Positions 36,260-45,856 of a stretch of 64,000 bases of DNA are shown here, one piece after another. Under the pieces are notes generated by a model, which worked only from the letters and a program-made list of their open reading frames with translations, had not been told where the DNA came from and searched no databases. A program made the position numbers and the translations under genes. Source of the DNA: an uncultured Chloroflexia bacterium (GTDB lineage: Bacteria > Chloroflexota > Anaerolineae > Anaerolineales > E44-bin32); the NCBI GenBank assembly GCA_963783335.1, contig CAWAND010000010.1, forward strand, positions 1,397,990-1,461,989, given 5' to 3'. The stretch's first letter is position 1; each line of letters begins with the position of its first letter.

Positions 36260-37721
36260 ATGATCGACCTCACCATTGACAAAGCACGACGCGAGCATGC
36301 CATCCAGCGGGCGAAAGAGCGCGGCATTCGCGTTCCTACGTTCGCTCAGATGAAAGACCCCTCGCTGGTGCCAGACGACATCAAGGAACAGCTCGGAAGT
36401 ATTGGGCTTTGGGATGTCGACCCGCGCAATCTCTTTCGCATCACCTGGAAGAACGAACCGGTGGAGAAAGGCGGTGGCTACGGCGGCGTCAACTACATGG
36501 AGCTTCCAACCAGCCTGACCGGCGTGGAAGCCAGGATCATTGCCCTGGTTGGAAAGTGGTTCCCAACCGGCGCTCATAAGGTCGGGGCGGCCTTCGGCTG
36601 CCTGGTCCCCAGACTGGTCACTGGCCAGTTCGATCCGACCACCCAGAAGGCCGTCTGGCCCTCGACAGGCAACTACTGCCGGGGCGGCGCCTACGACTCG
36701 GCCCTCCTGGCGACGGAGTTGATCGCCATCCTTCCCGAGGGGATGAGCAAGGAGCGCTTCGAGTGGCTGGCCAACATCGCCGGGGAAACGATCAAGACAC
36801 CCGGGAGTGAGTTCGAACGTCAAGGAAATCTTTGATAAGTGCAAGGAACTGCGAGCCTCGGGCCAGGATCTGATGATATTCAATCAGTTCGAGGAATTCG
36901 GGAACTACCTATGGCACTATGAAGTGACAGGCCATGCCATGCAGGATGTCTTGGAGCGCGAGCTGGGAGGCAAGGGCAACTACCGGGGTGTGGTCCTTAC
37001 GACGGGCTCGGCCGGGACCATCGCATGCGGAGACTATCTGAAGCAGGTCTTTCCGACCAGCAAGGTCGCCGCTGGGGAAGCCTGGCAGTGCCCGACTCTG
37101 CTTGAGAATGGCTTCGGCGCACATCGCATTGAGGGAATCGGGGACAAGCACGTGCCCTGGATCCACAATGTTAAGAACACCGACCTGATCGTCGACATCG
37201 ACGATGCCACCGTGGTCAATCTGGCCCGCCTATTCAATGAGCCAGTTGGGCGTGCCTATCTGGCAGGGGAAGGCGTGACCGAAGATTTGGTTTCACAACT
37301 CGGGCTGCTGGGTTTCTCCGGTATTGCCAATCTGACCATGGCGATCAAGTTCGCCAAGTATTATGAGCTGGGTCCCGATGACGTCGTGCTGACGGTTCTG
37401 ACGGACTCGATGGATCTCTACCAAAGTCGGTTGAAGGAAATGCACGCCGAGATCGGCGAGTTCAAGGAACGCGATGCAGCCGCGGTTCATGGCCAGTATC
37501 TGGCCGGAATTACCACCGACCACATGCAAGAACTGCGCTACCCAGACCGTAGGCGGGTGCACAACCTCAAGTACTACACATGGGTTGAACAGCAAAGTCG
37601 AACTTTCGAAGAGATCACCGATCAGTGGTACACACCGGACTACTGGAAGGGTTTCCAGGGGCAGGTGGACGCGATCGACGAACTCATCGAAGCCTTCAAT
37701 GCTGACGTTGAGGCCGCCTGA
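36260..37721 (+). pseudogene. Cysteine-synthase-like fold-type-II PLP enzyme (long form), split by a frameshift at 36808-36814
   Basis: N-part MIDLTIDKARREH..GKWFPTGAHKVGAAFG (PLP Lys)..TPGSEFERQGNL*. The +1 frame continues SNVKEIFDKCKEL..LTTGSAGTIA..HRIEGIGDKH... Coding strand is GGG AGT GAG TTC GAA. Removing one T gives GSE SNVKEIF. Confidence 0.75.
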
Positions 37722-37756
37722 GCGCATTCCATCTCTCGGAGACTGTCTGACCCTTT

Positions 37757-37790
37757 GGACCTGGAGCCCACGGCGCCAGGTCCTTTGCTT
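37757..37790 (+). terminator. Probable terminator after the PLP gene
   Basis: GGACCTGG-11 nt-CCAGGTCC perfect 8-bp stem followed by TTTGCTT, 36 nt after the stop. Confidence 0.5.
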
Positions 37791-37933
37791 GGCGGCCAAT
37801 TTGAGGGTTGAGTCAATCGTGATGAAGCCGGCTGTGCTATGGTTGCCATGCAAGTGAGAGGCGAGCTGCCTCCCATCTTCGCAGTGCGGCAGACTCCATG
37901 CAGAGGCACGACTGATGGCCAAGGGGGTGAGAC

Positions 37934-38419
37934 ATGGCCATGCAAGCTGACGACCTGGTGCTGGTGGCAATCGTCAAAGCTCCTAGAGATCTTGAAATTG
38001 CGCGTATGCTCGGTTGGTACCGCATTCCACTGCAGACGGCGCCCAAGACCGTGCGCGTCGACTGGCTGGCCTTCTACCAGACCGGAGCCTTCGGTGACGA
38101 ACGCTGGAGCGTGCGCTACGCGGCCCCCGTGCGCGGCTTTGAGCTCACGACGCGGGGCGACCTCTTGCGAGACGAGCCGGACCATCCTCGAGCAGACGAG
38201 CCCTACTATCGCATCCAGATTGGGGGCCTTGAGAGACTGCCAAAACCGATTCTGAGCGGGGGCTGGAGACGTTTCACATTCTTGTTTACGACCGGAAAAC
38301 GTCTGCTGGCCGCTGAGACACTGGGAGACCTGACCGTGTCCCGATCCGCCGATCGGGATCAGCTCTGGCGATTGTTGGAAGAAGAGGGGGGTACTAGGAG
38401 GCTCGACAGCCTTCTGTGA
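37934..38419 (+). CDS. Hypothetical protein (161 aa)
   Basis: Balanced composition and C/G-ending codons like neighbouring genes. The competing antisense ORF 37640..38452 is S/P/A/R-rich. No family recognised. Confidence 0.5.
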   Translation: MAMQADDLVLVAIVKAPRDLEIARMLGWYRIPLQTAPKTVRVDWLAFYQTGAFGDERWSVRYAAPVRGFELTTRGDLLRDEPDHPRADEPYYRIQIGGLERLPKPILSGGWRRFTFLFTTGKRLLAAETLGDLTVSRSADRDQLWRLLEEEGGTRRLDSLL

Positions 38420-38493
38420 CGCGTGTATCATTGCCATGATTTTGAGGCGCAACGCCTCGAGATCTCGTCAACTCAAAGGATGTGAGGCCCTCT

Positions 38494-40371
38494 ATGCGAA
38501 AACTGCGTCTGCTCGTATTGGCGCTCATTGCGACTCTGCTCCTCGCACCGAACATTCAGGCCCGCGCACAATCTAAGACCCTGGTTTGGGACCGCTACGA
38601 CGTCTCGATGACCATCCAATCCAACGGGGATGTGCGGGTGGTGGAGCACCAGCAGATAACTTTTACTTCAGGCACTTTCACCCACGGCTACCGGGTGATC
38701 CCCCTGGATAAGACCAGTGGGATAAGTGATGTGAGCATCAGCGAGCCCGGCGGGCAGACCTACCAACAGGTTGGGTACGGCGGCACACCGTACACATTCA
38801 CAGCTGAGCAAAGCGGGGGCAATCTCGAGATCTATTGGTATTTCCCACAGCTAAGCAACACCACGCGAACCTACGACATCGCCTACACGGTCCATGGCGG
38901 AGTGCGGATCTACGACAGCGGTGACAAGCTCCAATGGTTCGCCATCGACAACCAACGCGACTTCCCAATCAAAGAAGCAAGCGCACGGGTGTTCCTACCC
39001 CCGGGCGCCAAGTTCATGACGATCGACTCGGCAGGAGTCAAGACGCACTGGCAGCAGAGTCCCGACGGGACTTCGGTCACTTTTGTGGCCGATAACGGTA
39101 TGTCGACCAGCGACCAGATGGAGATCGGTGTCGAGTTCACGCACGGGATCATCCCGGCTAAGCCACCCGCCTGGCAGGCAAAAGTGGACATGACCGAGTC
39201 CTTCGACCGGACCGTCCGGCCAGTGCTCAACCTGCTGGTTGGGCTTGTGGCCGTGTTGTTGGCCTTAGGCGGCCCTCTGGGAGTCTACCTGCTGTGGTAC
39301 ACGCGGGGTCGGGATCCCAAGGTCGGTGACATCCCGGAATATGTCACAGAGCCGCCTGGCGATCTTCCGCCTGGAATCCTGGGCACGCTGATCGACGAGC
39401 GCGCGGACATGCAGGACGTCGTGGCCAGCATTGTCGATTTGGCACGCCGAGGCTACCTGACGATCGAAGAAACCGAGACATCCGGATTCCTCGGATTGGG
39501 TTCGACCGACTTTGTGTTCCACAAAACGAAGGACAACTTGAGCGATCTCTTGGATTATGAGCGCGAGATCATGCGTGGAATCTTTACCGGTTCCTCAACC
39601 GAGCGCGAACTGAGCGACCTGAAGAACAAGTTCTATACTCGGCTACCTGATATCCAGAAAGACCTCTACAAGCAGCTTGTCTCGCATGGCTTTTTCAAGG
39701 CCAGCCCGAACAGCACGCGCAGAAAGTGGATTGGCATCGGGATCGGTGTCCTGGCCCTCGCATTCGTCTCCGGCATTTTGTTCTTCCCGATGGCGACCTA
39801 CGCCGGCGCCCTGGCCTGCTTGCCGTTGGCCCTTGGCGTTTCCGGTGTTGCGGCGCTGGTGGCGGGTAACTTCATGCCGGCCAAAACCAGGGAGGGCGCC
39901 GAGGCGGCCGAACGCTGGAAGGCCTTCAAGAACTACCTGTCGCGCATCGATCAACTGGACGACATCAAACAATCGAGCGATCTCTTCGAGCGCTTCTTGC
40001 CATACGCGATTGCTTTCGGCATGAACCAGTCCTTTGTTCACAAGTTCTCGACCATGACGAATACCCCAGCCCCCGGTTGGTACATTCCGTATGGCATCCC
40101 GTATGGCACCGGCGGCGGCGGCCGACCCGGGGGTCTGGCCAGCGCTACGCCAGCCATGACCGGATCGGGGAGCGGTGGACTGCAGGGAATGTCCGATAAC
40201 CTGTCGGGCGGGTTGCAGAGCATGAGCGACGGCTTGACACAGATGCTTAACAGCACCGGCCGCGTCTTGGGTTCGGCACCGTCTTCCAGTGGAAGTGGCG
40301 GCGGCGGGTTTAGCAGCGGTGGTTTCAGTGGTGGAGGCGGCGGTGGGGGCGGCAGCGCCGGCTTTGGATAA
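38494..40371 (+). CDS. DUF2207 family membrane protein with Gly-rich C-terminal tail
   Basis: Signal peptide MRKLRLLVLALIATLLLAP, extracellular domain (WDRYDVSMTIQSNGDVRVVEHQQITF), TM cluster, tail GSGGGGFSSGGFSGGGGGGGGSAGFG. GAGG 6 nt before ATG 38494. Confidence 0.75.
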   Translation: MRKLRLLVLALIATLLLAPNIQARAQSKTLVWDRYDVSMTIQSNGDVRVVEHQQITFTSGTFTHGYRVIPLDKTSGISDVSISEPGGQTYQQVGYGGTPYTFTAEQSGGNLEIYWYFPQLSNTTRTYDIAYTVHGGVRIYDSGDKLQWFAIDNQRDFPIKEASARVFLPPGAKFMTIDSAGVKTHWQQSPDGTSVTFVADNGMSTSDQMEIGVEFTHGIIPAKPPAWQAKVDMTESFDRTVRPVLNLLVGLVAVLLALGGPLGVYLLWYTRGRDPKVGDIPEYVTEPPGDLPPGILGTLIDERADMQDVVASIVDLARRGYLTIEETETSGFLGLGSTDFVFHKTKDNLSDLLDYEREIMRGIFTGSSTERELSDLKNKFYTRLPDIQKDLYKQLVSHGFFKASPNSTRRKWIGIGIGVLALAFVSGILFFPMATYAGALACLPLALGVSGVAALVAGNFMPAKTREGAEAAERWKAFKNYLSRIDQLDDIKQSSDLFERFLPYAIAFGMNQSFVHKFSTMTNTPAPGWYIPYGIPYGTGGGGRPGGLASATPAMTGSGSGGLQGMSDNLSGGLQSMSDGLTQMLNSTGRVLGSAPSSSGSGGGGFSSGGFSGGGGGGGGSAGFG

Positions 40372-40402
40372 GGCCCGCGACCAACAACGGAGCATACTTG
40401 CC

Positions 40403-40921
40403 ATGAGAAGCGGACGTTTGATGGGAATACTCTTGATCGGTGGCGGCCTGGCCCTGGCGATCATCGGAGTTCTGTGGCTTGTCACCAGCGTCAGCGGCGG
40501 CCGGCTGCAGGTGACAGGAGCCGTGCTGGGCGGCGGCTTTCTAGCCATTGTTGTCCTGCCTCTAATTGGGGCGGGTATCTTCCTGCTGGTCCGCAGCGGC
40601 CGGGAGGCGGCGGAAGACGCCCAGCGTATGGAGCTGCGGCGCATCCTGGATGAGGTCAAGAGCCGGGGCCAGGTGCCGATCAGCGATCTGGTGCTTGAGC
40701 TCGGCTCAAGCCGTGACCAGGTGCAGAAGGAGATCCACTCGTTGGTGGGCATGGGTCTTTTCGCCGGCTTCATCAACTGGGATGAGGGCGTGCTGTACTC
40801 GCAGGACGCCTCCGCCTTGCGCGAACTTGACAAGTGCAAAAACTGCGGCGGCGAGCTCAAACTGGTGGGGAAGGGCGTTGTGACCTGCCCCTACTGCGGC
40901 ACGGAGTACTTCTTGAACTAG
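40403..40921 (+). CDS. Two-TM protein with cytoplasmic winged-helix-like segment and C-terminal zinc ribbon
   Basis: ATG 40403 inside tracked ORF 40289..40921. MGILLIGGGLALAIIGVLWLV and FLAIVVLPLIGAGIFLLV helices. CKNCGG..CPYCG. Confidence 0.55.
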   Translation: MRSGRLMGILLIGGGLALAIIGVLWLVTSVSGGRLQVTGAVLGGGFLAIVVLPLIGAGIFLLVRSGREAAEDAQRMELRRILDEVKSRGQVPISDLVLELGSSRDQVQKEIHSLVGMGLFAGFINWDEGVLYSQDASALRELDKCKNCGGELKLVGKGVVTCPYCGTEYFLN

Positions 40922-41068
40922 GGACGTCAGTTGCTTCCTCTAAGGGCAGCCTCCGGGCTGCTCTTTGGATTCTGTCAGCCATCGCTCAGGCGACTCTCCT
41001 TTCGGAAGTCCTATAATGTGAGAGCCCGCCATTACCGATTTCAACCTGCCCGGGCAGAGGAGAGGCGC

Positions 41069-42493
41069 ATGGGAAACAAAGTGATCAAAGGGGGGACCCT
41101 GATCACCGCTGAGGAGACGTTCAGCGCGGACATTCTGATAACCGACGAGCGGATCACCGCAATCGCCGAGCAGTTCGACGGTGTGGAGGCGGAAGTGATC
41201 GACGCCACAGACAAGCTCGTGCTGCCCGGCGGCATCGATCCGCATACCCATTTCAATCTTCCCATGTTCGACACGGTGTCATCTGATGACCACTACACCG
41301 GACACAAGGCAGCCGCCTTTGGCGGAACCACCACCGCTCTCGACTTTGTGCCTCAGCTTGACGAGGGAAGCTTGCGAGCTGGCGTCGATGAATGGCACGA
41401 GCGGGCGGACAGCCGGGCGGCCATCGATTTTGGATTCCACGCCAACATCACCCAACTCGATAAGGCTGTGTTGGATGAAATCCCTTCGCTGGTTGATCAG
41501 GGCATCACAACCCTGAAGGTGTTCACGGCCTACAATGGCCGTCTCAGACTCCAGGACGGCGAGATCTTCCAGGTGATGCGAAAAGGTGCCGAGCATGGGA
41601 TGCTGACCATGCTGCACGCAGAAAACGGGGACGTGATCGACGTGCTTGTGCGTGAGGCACTTGCCGCCGGCCACACATCGGCAGAGTTCCATGCGCGCAC
41701 CCGGCCCGCCTGGGGAGCCGTAGAGGCATTCCTGCGGGCGGTTGCCCTGGCGGCTCAAGCTGAATCCCCCCTGTATGTGGTGCACATGAACACGGCTGGG
41801 GAGGTCGATCAATTGGCCTATGCGAGGGCAAAGGGCTTGCCGGTGATGGGTGAGACATGCCCCCAGTACCTCTTTTTCAGCGACGATCTGCTGGCGCGTC
41901 CGGACGGCGCCAATTGGGTCTGTTCACCGCCGCTTCGGACTCCCGAAGATCAACGCGGCCTGTGGCAGGGCCTTAGCCACGACGTCATACAGACGGTGGG
42001 CACCGACCACTGTCCCTTCTTCTCGGATGGCTCCCGGCCGATCGAATACGAAGGCAAGCCGGTTGCCATCCCCGGAAAGGAACTCGGCGCCGGTGATTTC
42101 ACCAAGATCCCCAACGGCTTGCCAGGGGTAGGGGACCGACTCCCGATTCTGTGGTCCTACGGCGTGGGCCAGGGACGCCTGACACCCAACCAGTTCGTGG
42201 CACTGACAAGCACGAATCCGGCCAAGATCTTCGGCCTGTATCCCCGCAAGGGCACGCTGGTGCCGGGCGCGGACGCCGATATTGCCATCTGGGATCCTGA
42301 AGAGCGGCTGACCTACGGAGTGGCCCACGCCAAACATCGCACAGACTACAACTTGTACGAAGGCTGGGAACTTAAGGGGTTCCCGGAGAAGGTCTTTCTG
42401 CGTGGGCAGATGATTGTCGATGGAGATCGCTGGCTAGGCAAGGCTGGGATGGGCCGCTTTCAACATCGGCTTCCGGGCGCTGCCGTCCTCTAG
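41069..42493 (+). CDS. hyuA: D-hydantoinase / dihydropyrimidinase-type cyclic amidohydrolase
   Basis: 474 aa from ATG 41069 (AGAGGAGAGG upstream). GGIDPHTHF, carbamylated-Lys block GITTLKVFTAY, LHAENGD, YVVHMN, ETCPQYL, SPPLR, GTDHCPF. Confidence 0.88.
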   Translation: MGNKVIKGGTLITAEETFSADILITDERITAIAEQFDGVEAEVIDATDKLVLPGGIDPHTHFNLPMFDTVSSDDHYTGHKAAAFGGTTTALDFVPQLDEGSLRAGVDEWHERADSRAAIDFGFHANITQLDKAVLDEIPSLVDQGITTLKVFTAYNGRLRLQDGEIFQVMRKGAEHGMLTMLHAENGDVIDVLVREALAAGHTSAEFHARTRPAWGAVEAFLRAVALAAQAESPLYVVHMNTAGEVDQLAYARAKGLPVMGETCPQYLFFSDDLLARPDGANWVCSPPLRTPEDQRGLWQGLSHDVIQTVGTDHCPFFSDGSRPIEYEGKPVAIPGKELGAGDFTKIPNGLPGVGDRLPILWSYGVGQGRLTPNQFVALTSTNPAKIFGLYPRKGTLVPGADADIAIWDPEERLTYGVAHAKHRTDYNLYEGWELKGFPEKVFLRGQMIVDGDRWLGKAGMGRFQHRLPGAAVL

Positions 42494-42520
42494 TTGCGTG
42501 CCTGCGGGGTTGGGCTGGGA

Positions 42521-42549
42521 TTGTTGACGACAAGCCGGCATGCTAGAAT
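42521..42549 (+). promoter_or_regulatory. Strong extended -10 promoter (TGcTAGAAT) upstream of ssnA
   Basis: TAGAAT 42544-42549 preceded by TGC. -35 candidates are TTGTTG (17-nt spacer) and TTGACG (14-nt spacer). Leaves a leader of about 330 nt before ATG 42887. Confidence 0.55.
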
Positions 42550-42886
42550 GGCGCGAGGCGAGGATTCTTGCCTCCCTCCTGCCCCAGCGGCGTGCTTGAA
42601 GGTCTTTGGCCAAAGGTTGAATTCGCCCTCCGGCCCGGCGCTGGTGTTCACCACGCATCAACGCGTGCTTGGGACGAGAACGAGCACGCCACGAGGCCCG
42701 AATTGTTGAAAGTGTACGGTCTGGCACAACGACCATTGGCGGGGGAACAATGACACCCCTTGCCTTTGTCTATCGTTGGCAGCCACCCATTCAAAAGCCC
42801 AACCAGTACCTTGATCCTTTGGCCGAGACGAGACCTTTTGGACGGAGGCTTCGCCTTGGCGAAAGACGCACCGTACCGAGGAGTCG

Positions 42887-44245
42887 ATGATGCTCATCAC
42901 CAACGCCCATTTGATCACCTGGGATCAACCCAATCAAATCCTCGAAGACCATGCCCTACTTGTGAAAAGTGGCACAATCGACGCCTTGGGTCCCACCGCA
43001 GAAATGGTCCAAGCGAATCCTGATGAGGAGACTCTGGACGCGGGTGGACAGTGGTTGATGCCCGGCAATATCTGTGCCCACACGCACTTTTATGGGGCCT
43101 TCGCCCGTGGGATGGCCATACCCGGCCGTCCGCCGCGTGACTTCCCGGACGTGCTTCGTAAGCTCTGGTGGCCGCTGGACAAGTCATTGGACAGCGAAGA
43201 TGTGCGCTACTCGGCGCTGGTATGTCTGGTGGATGCCATTCGCCACGGCACCACGACCCTGATCGATCATCATGCCTCCCCCAACGCCATCGATGGCTCG
43301 CTCGACACGATCGCGGATGCCGTCGATCGTTCCGGTTTGCGGGCCGTCCTGTGTTACGAGGTCACCGATCGCGATGGCGAGGCCAAATCCGCTGCCGGAC
43401 GAGACGAAAATGTGCGCTTCATTGAGCGCTGCGCCGATGGTCCCGTTGCCGGAGGGCGCGTGGCGGCGGCTTTCGGTCTGCACGCTAGCCTGACTTTATC
43501 GGACGGGACATTGGATGCCTGTCGAAAGGTCGCCCCCGCCGGCTCCGCTTTTCACATCCACATTGCCGAGCACGAGGCCGATGAATATGACAGCCTGCGG
43601 AAGTCGGGACTGCGCATCGTTGACCGGCTGCTTGAGCACGGCATTCTTGACGAACGATCGATTGTGGCGCACGCTATTCACGTCGATGGCCGTGAAATGG
43701 AATTGTTGGCAGAGTCCGGATCCTGGGTGACCCACCAACCGCGCTCCAACATGAACAATGGCGTCGGCGTGGCGGATGTTGACTCGCTTCTGCGCATGGG
43801 CGTGCGCGTCTGCTTGGGCAACGATGGGTTTTCTAACGCCATGTGGGAGGAGTGGAAGACAGCCTACTTGCTGCACAAAGTCTGGCACCGAGATCCGCGC
43901 CGAATGCCGGCCGACAAGCTGGCGGAGATGGCTGTGGTCAACAACGCTGCTTTGGCCGAAGGCTTCTTCCCCGGGGCACCGCTTGGGACCATCCGCCCCG
44001 GCGCCAGGGCTGACCTGATTCTGGTGGACTACCATCCAACGACACCTGTCCATGAAGGCAATCTCCCATGGCATATTGTGTTTGGCTTCCACGAATCGAT
44101 GGTGACCGCCACCATGGTTGATGGCCGACTTCTGATGCGGAACCGCGAGCTGCTGACCCTGGACGAGGCCGAGATCACGGCCAAGGCACGCGAGCGTGTC
44201 CCAGCGGTTTGGGAACGCTACAAGGAGAACGTACCGTCCGACTGA
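42887..44245 (+). CDS. ssnA: SsnA-type amidohydrolase (putative selenium-associated aminohydrolase)
   Basis: 452 aa. MLITNAHLITWD..LMPGNICAHTHFYGAFARGM..DFPDVLRKLWWPLD..HGTTTLIDHHASPN..FHIHIAEH..AHAIH matches the SsnA pattern as I know it. Confidence 0.8.
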   Translation: MMLITNAHLITWDQPNQILEDHALLVKSGTIDALGPTAEMVQANPDEETLDAGGQWLMPGNICAHTHFYGAFARGMAIPGRPPRDFPDVLRKLWWPLDKSLDSEDVRYSALVCLVDAIRHGTTTLIDHHASPNAIDGSLDTIADAVDRSGLRAVLCYEVTDRDGEAKSAAGRDENVRFIERCADGPVAGGRVAAAFGLHASLTLSDGTLDACRKVAPAGSAFHIHIAEHEADEYDSLRKSGLRIVDRLLEHGILDERSIVAHAIHVDGREMELLAESGSWVTHQPRSNMNNGVGVADVDSLLRMGVRVCLGNDGFSNAMWEEWKTAYLLHKVWHRDPRRMPADKLAEMAVVNNAALAEGFFPGAPLGTIRPGARADLILVDYHPTTPVHEGNLPWHIVFGFHESMVTATMVDGRLLMRNRELLTLDEAEITAKARERVPAVWERYKENVPSD

Positions 44246-44271
44246 TCCGTCGGGCGAGATCTGGAGGCTGA

Positions 44272-44940
44272 ATGAGTGAAGATCGTTTGATTCTGACCCT
44301 GGCAATCCTAGGAGGCACCGGGCAGTCGGGGCCCGCGCTGGCAAGTCGCTGGGCCAAGGCCGGCTACCAGGTGTTGATCGGATCGCGACAGGCAGAAAAA
44401 GCTGAAGGCGTGGCGGCTGAACTCAACCAAGAACTTGGGCTGGAAACCATTCGGGGATTGGAGAACGCAAATGCGGCACGCCAGGCCGACATCGCCGTGC
44501 TCACCGTGGAATACACGGCCCATGATGCCGCGCTGGAGAGCCTGAAAGACAGTCTGCAAGGCAAGATTCTGGTGGATACGACGGCCCGGGTTGATTTTCG
44601 CGATGCCCAGCCGCCAGGTCCACCGTCTGCGGCGCGCACAGCCCAGGAAATCTTGGGGGATGGCGTGCGCGTGGTGGCGGGGTTCCAAACCGCGCCGGCG
44701 TTCGTTTTGAAGAAGAATCCCGATCAAAGGGTCGATGTAGACGTGTTGATCTGCGCCGACGACGAAGCCGCGGCCGAAGAAGTCATCAAACTGGCTGAGG
44801 GGGCCGGGATGAACGGCTACTACGCGGGCGGCCTGGACAACGCGGTGGTTGTCGAGGGGCTGACGGCCGTGATCATCCGTATGAACAAGCACTACAAGTC
44901 CCTGCGCGGATCGATCAAGGTGGTTGGACTGAAGAAGTGA
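44272..44940 (+). CDS. fno: NADPH-dependent F420 reductase
   Basis: LAILGGTGQSGPALASRWAKAGYQVLIGSR Rossmann start and NpdG/Fno-length (222 aa). Starts 26 nt after the ssnA stop. Confidence 0.8.
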   Translation: MSEDRLILTLAILGGTGQSGPALASRWAKAGYQVLIGSRQAEKAEGVAAELNQELGLETIRGLENANAARQADIAVLTVEYTAHDAALESLKDSLQGKILVDTTARVDFRDAQPPGPPSAARTAQEILGDGVRVVAGFQTAPAFVLKKNPDQRVDVDVLICADDEAAAEEVIKLAEGAGMNGYYAGGLDNAVVVEGLTAVIIRMNKHYKSLRGSIKVVGLKK

Positions 44941-45719
44941 CGTCCCCACATCAACTCACACTCACGGCTCTGCCTGACGTGCCGCTGGTGCAGCCGGGGG
45001 ATGACTTGGCGACCCTGGTACAAACGTCGCTGGAGGCTGGCGGCATTTCCCTCCGTTCCGGTGATGTCCTCGTGGTCGCCCAAAAAGTGGTTTCTAAGGC
45101 CGAGGGGCGGCTGGTGTGCCTCAACGATGTCCATCCTTCTTCGCGAGCGGTGGAGCTGGGGAGCGAGATCGGCAAGGATCCACGCCTGGTGGAAGTGATC
45201 CTTGGGGAAAGCTCCGAGATCGTCAGGTCCCGGCCCGGACTTCTGGTGGTTGAGCATCGCTTGGGTTTCGTCAGCGCCAATGCCGGAGTGGACCATTCCA
45301 ATGTGGCTGCCGAACCCGGCCGGGAGTCGGAGCCGTGGGTCCTGCTGCTGCCCGTGGATCCAGATGCCTCGGCCCGGCGCCTCGGAAAAGCGCTCGAAGA
45401 AAGCACAGGCACCGAGATCGCCGTCCTGATCATCGATTCGCATGGGCGCGCTTGGCGGATGGGAACGGTGGGGGTGGCGATAGGTGTCTACCACTTTCCC
45501 GCGCTGTTGGACCTGAGGGGCCACCCGGACCTCTTTGGTGAGCCGCTCAAGATCACCGAGGTGGGCCTGGCGGATGAGATTGCTGCGGCTGCTTCGGCGC
45601 TGATGGGGCAGGCCGACGAGGGGCAGCCGTTCGTTCATGTGCGAGGTCTCCCCTATCCTCTGAGAGACGGCTCTCTGGCCGAACTCCTGCGGCCCAAGTC
45701 ACAAGATCTGTTCCGATAG
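44937..45719 (+). CDS. cofE: Coenzyme F420-0:L-glutamate ligase
   Basis: GTGA overlap with fno. GDVLVVAQKVVSKAEGR..GFVSANAGVDHSNV..IIDSHGRAWR. Confidence 0.85.
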   Translation: MTSPHQLTLTALPDVPLVQPGDDLATLVQTSLEAGGISLRSGDVLVVAQKVVSKAEGRLVCLNDVHPSSRAVELGSEIGKDPRLVEVILGESSEIVRSRPGLLVVEHRLGFVSANAGVDHSNVAAEPGRESEPWVLLLPVDPDASARRLGKALEESTGTEIAVLIIDSHGRAWRMGTVGVAIGVYHFPALLDLRGHPDLFGEPLKITEVGLADEIAAAASALMGQADEGQPFVHVRGLPYPLRDGSLAELLRPKSQDLFR

Positions 45720-45856
45720 GGGGAGACAAAGGGGTGATTAAGGTCGCGGCGGCAATCCGTTAGAATAGGAGATGCCGGTGCCCATGAGGGCCGGCACCAT
45801 TGTGGACGGGCAACCACCCACCTTGAGCGTACGTTGGTTTTGGAGGTTCTCGCTGT

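Noticed and set aside
37640-38452. 270-aa minus-strand ORF opposite the 161-aa hypothetical gene
   Set aside because: S/P/A/R-rich and runs against the local all-plus gene orientation. The plus-strand ORF has neighbour-like codon usage.
42550-42886. Known purine-related riboswitches (guanine/adenine, ZTP, xanthine NMT1, guanidine ykkC) in the ssnA leader and upstream of the transporter (28990-29088)
   Set aside because: I could not find the conserved cores I remember for these classes. An ACACGGC near 62950 and AGGUCC elsewhere are isolated fragments only. Kept as an unclassified candidate leader, not a named riboswitch.
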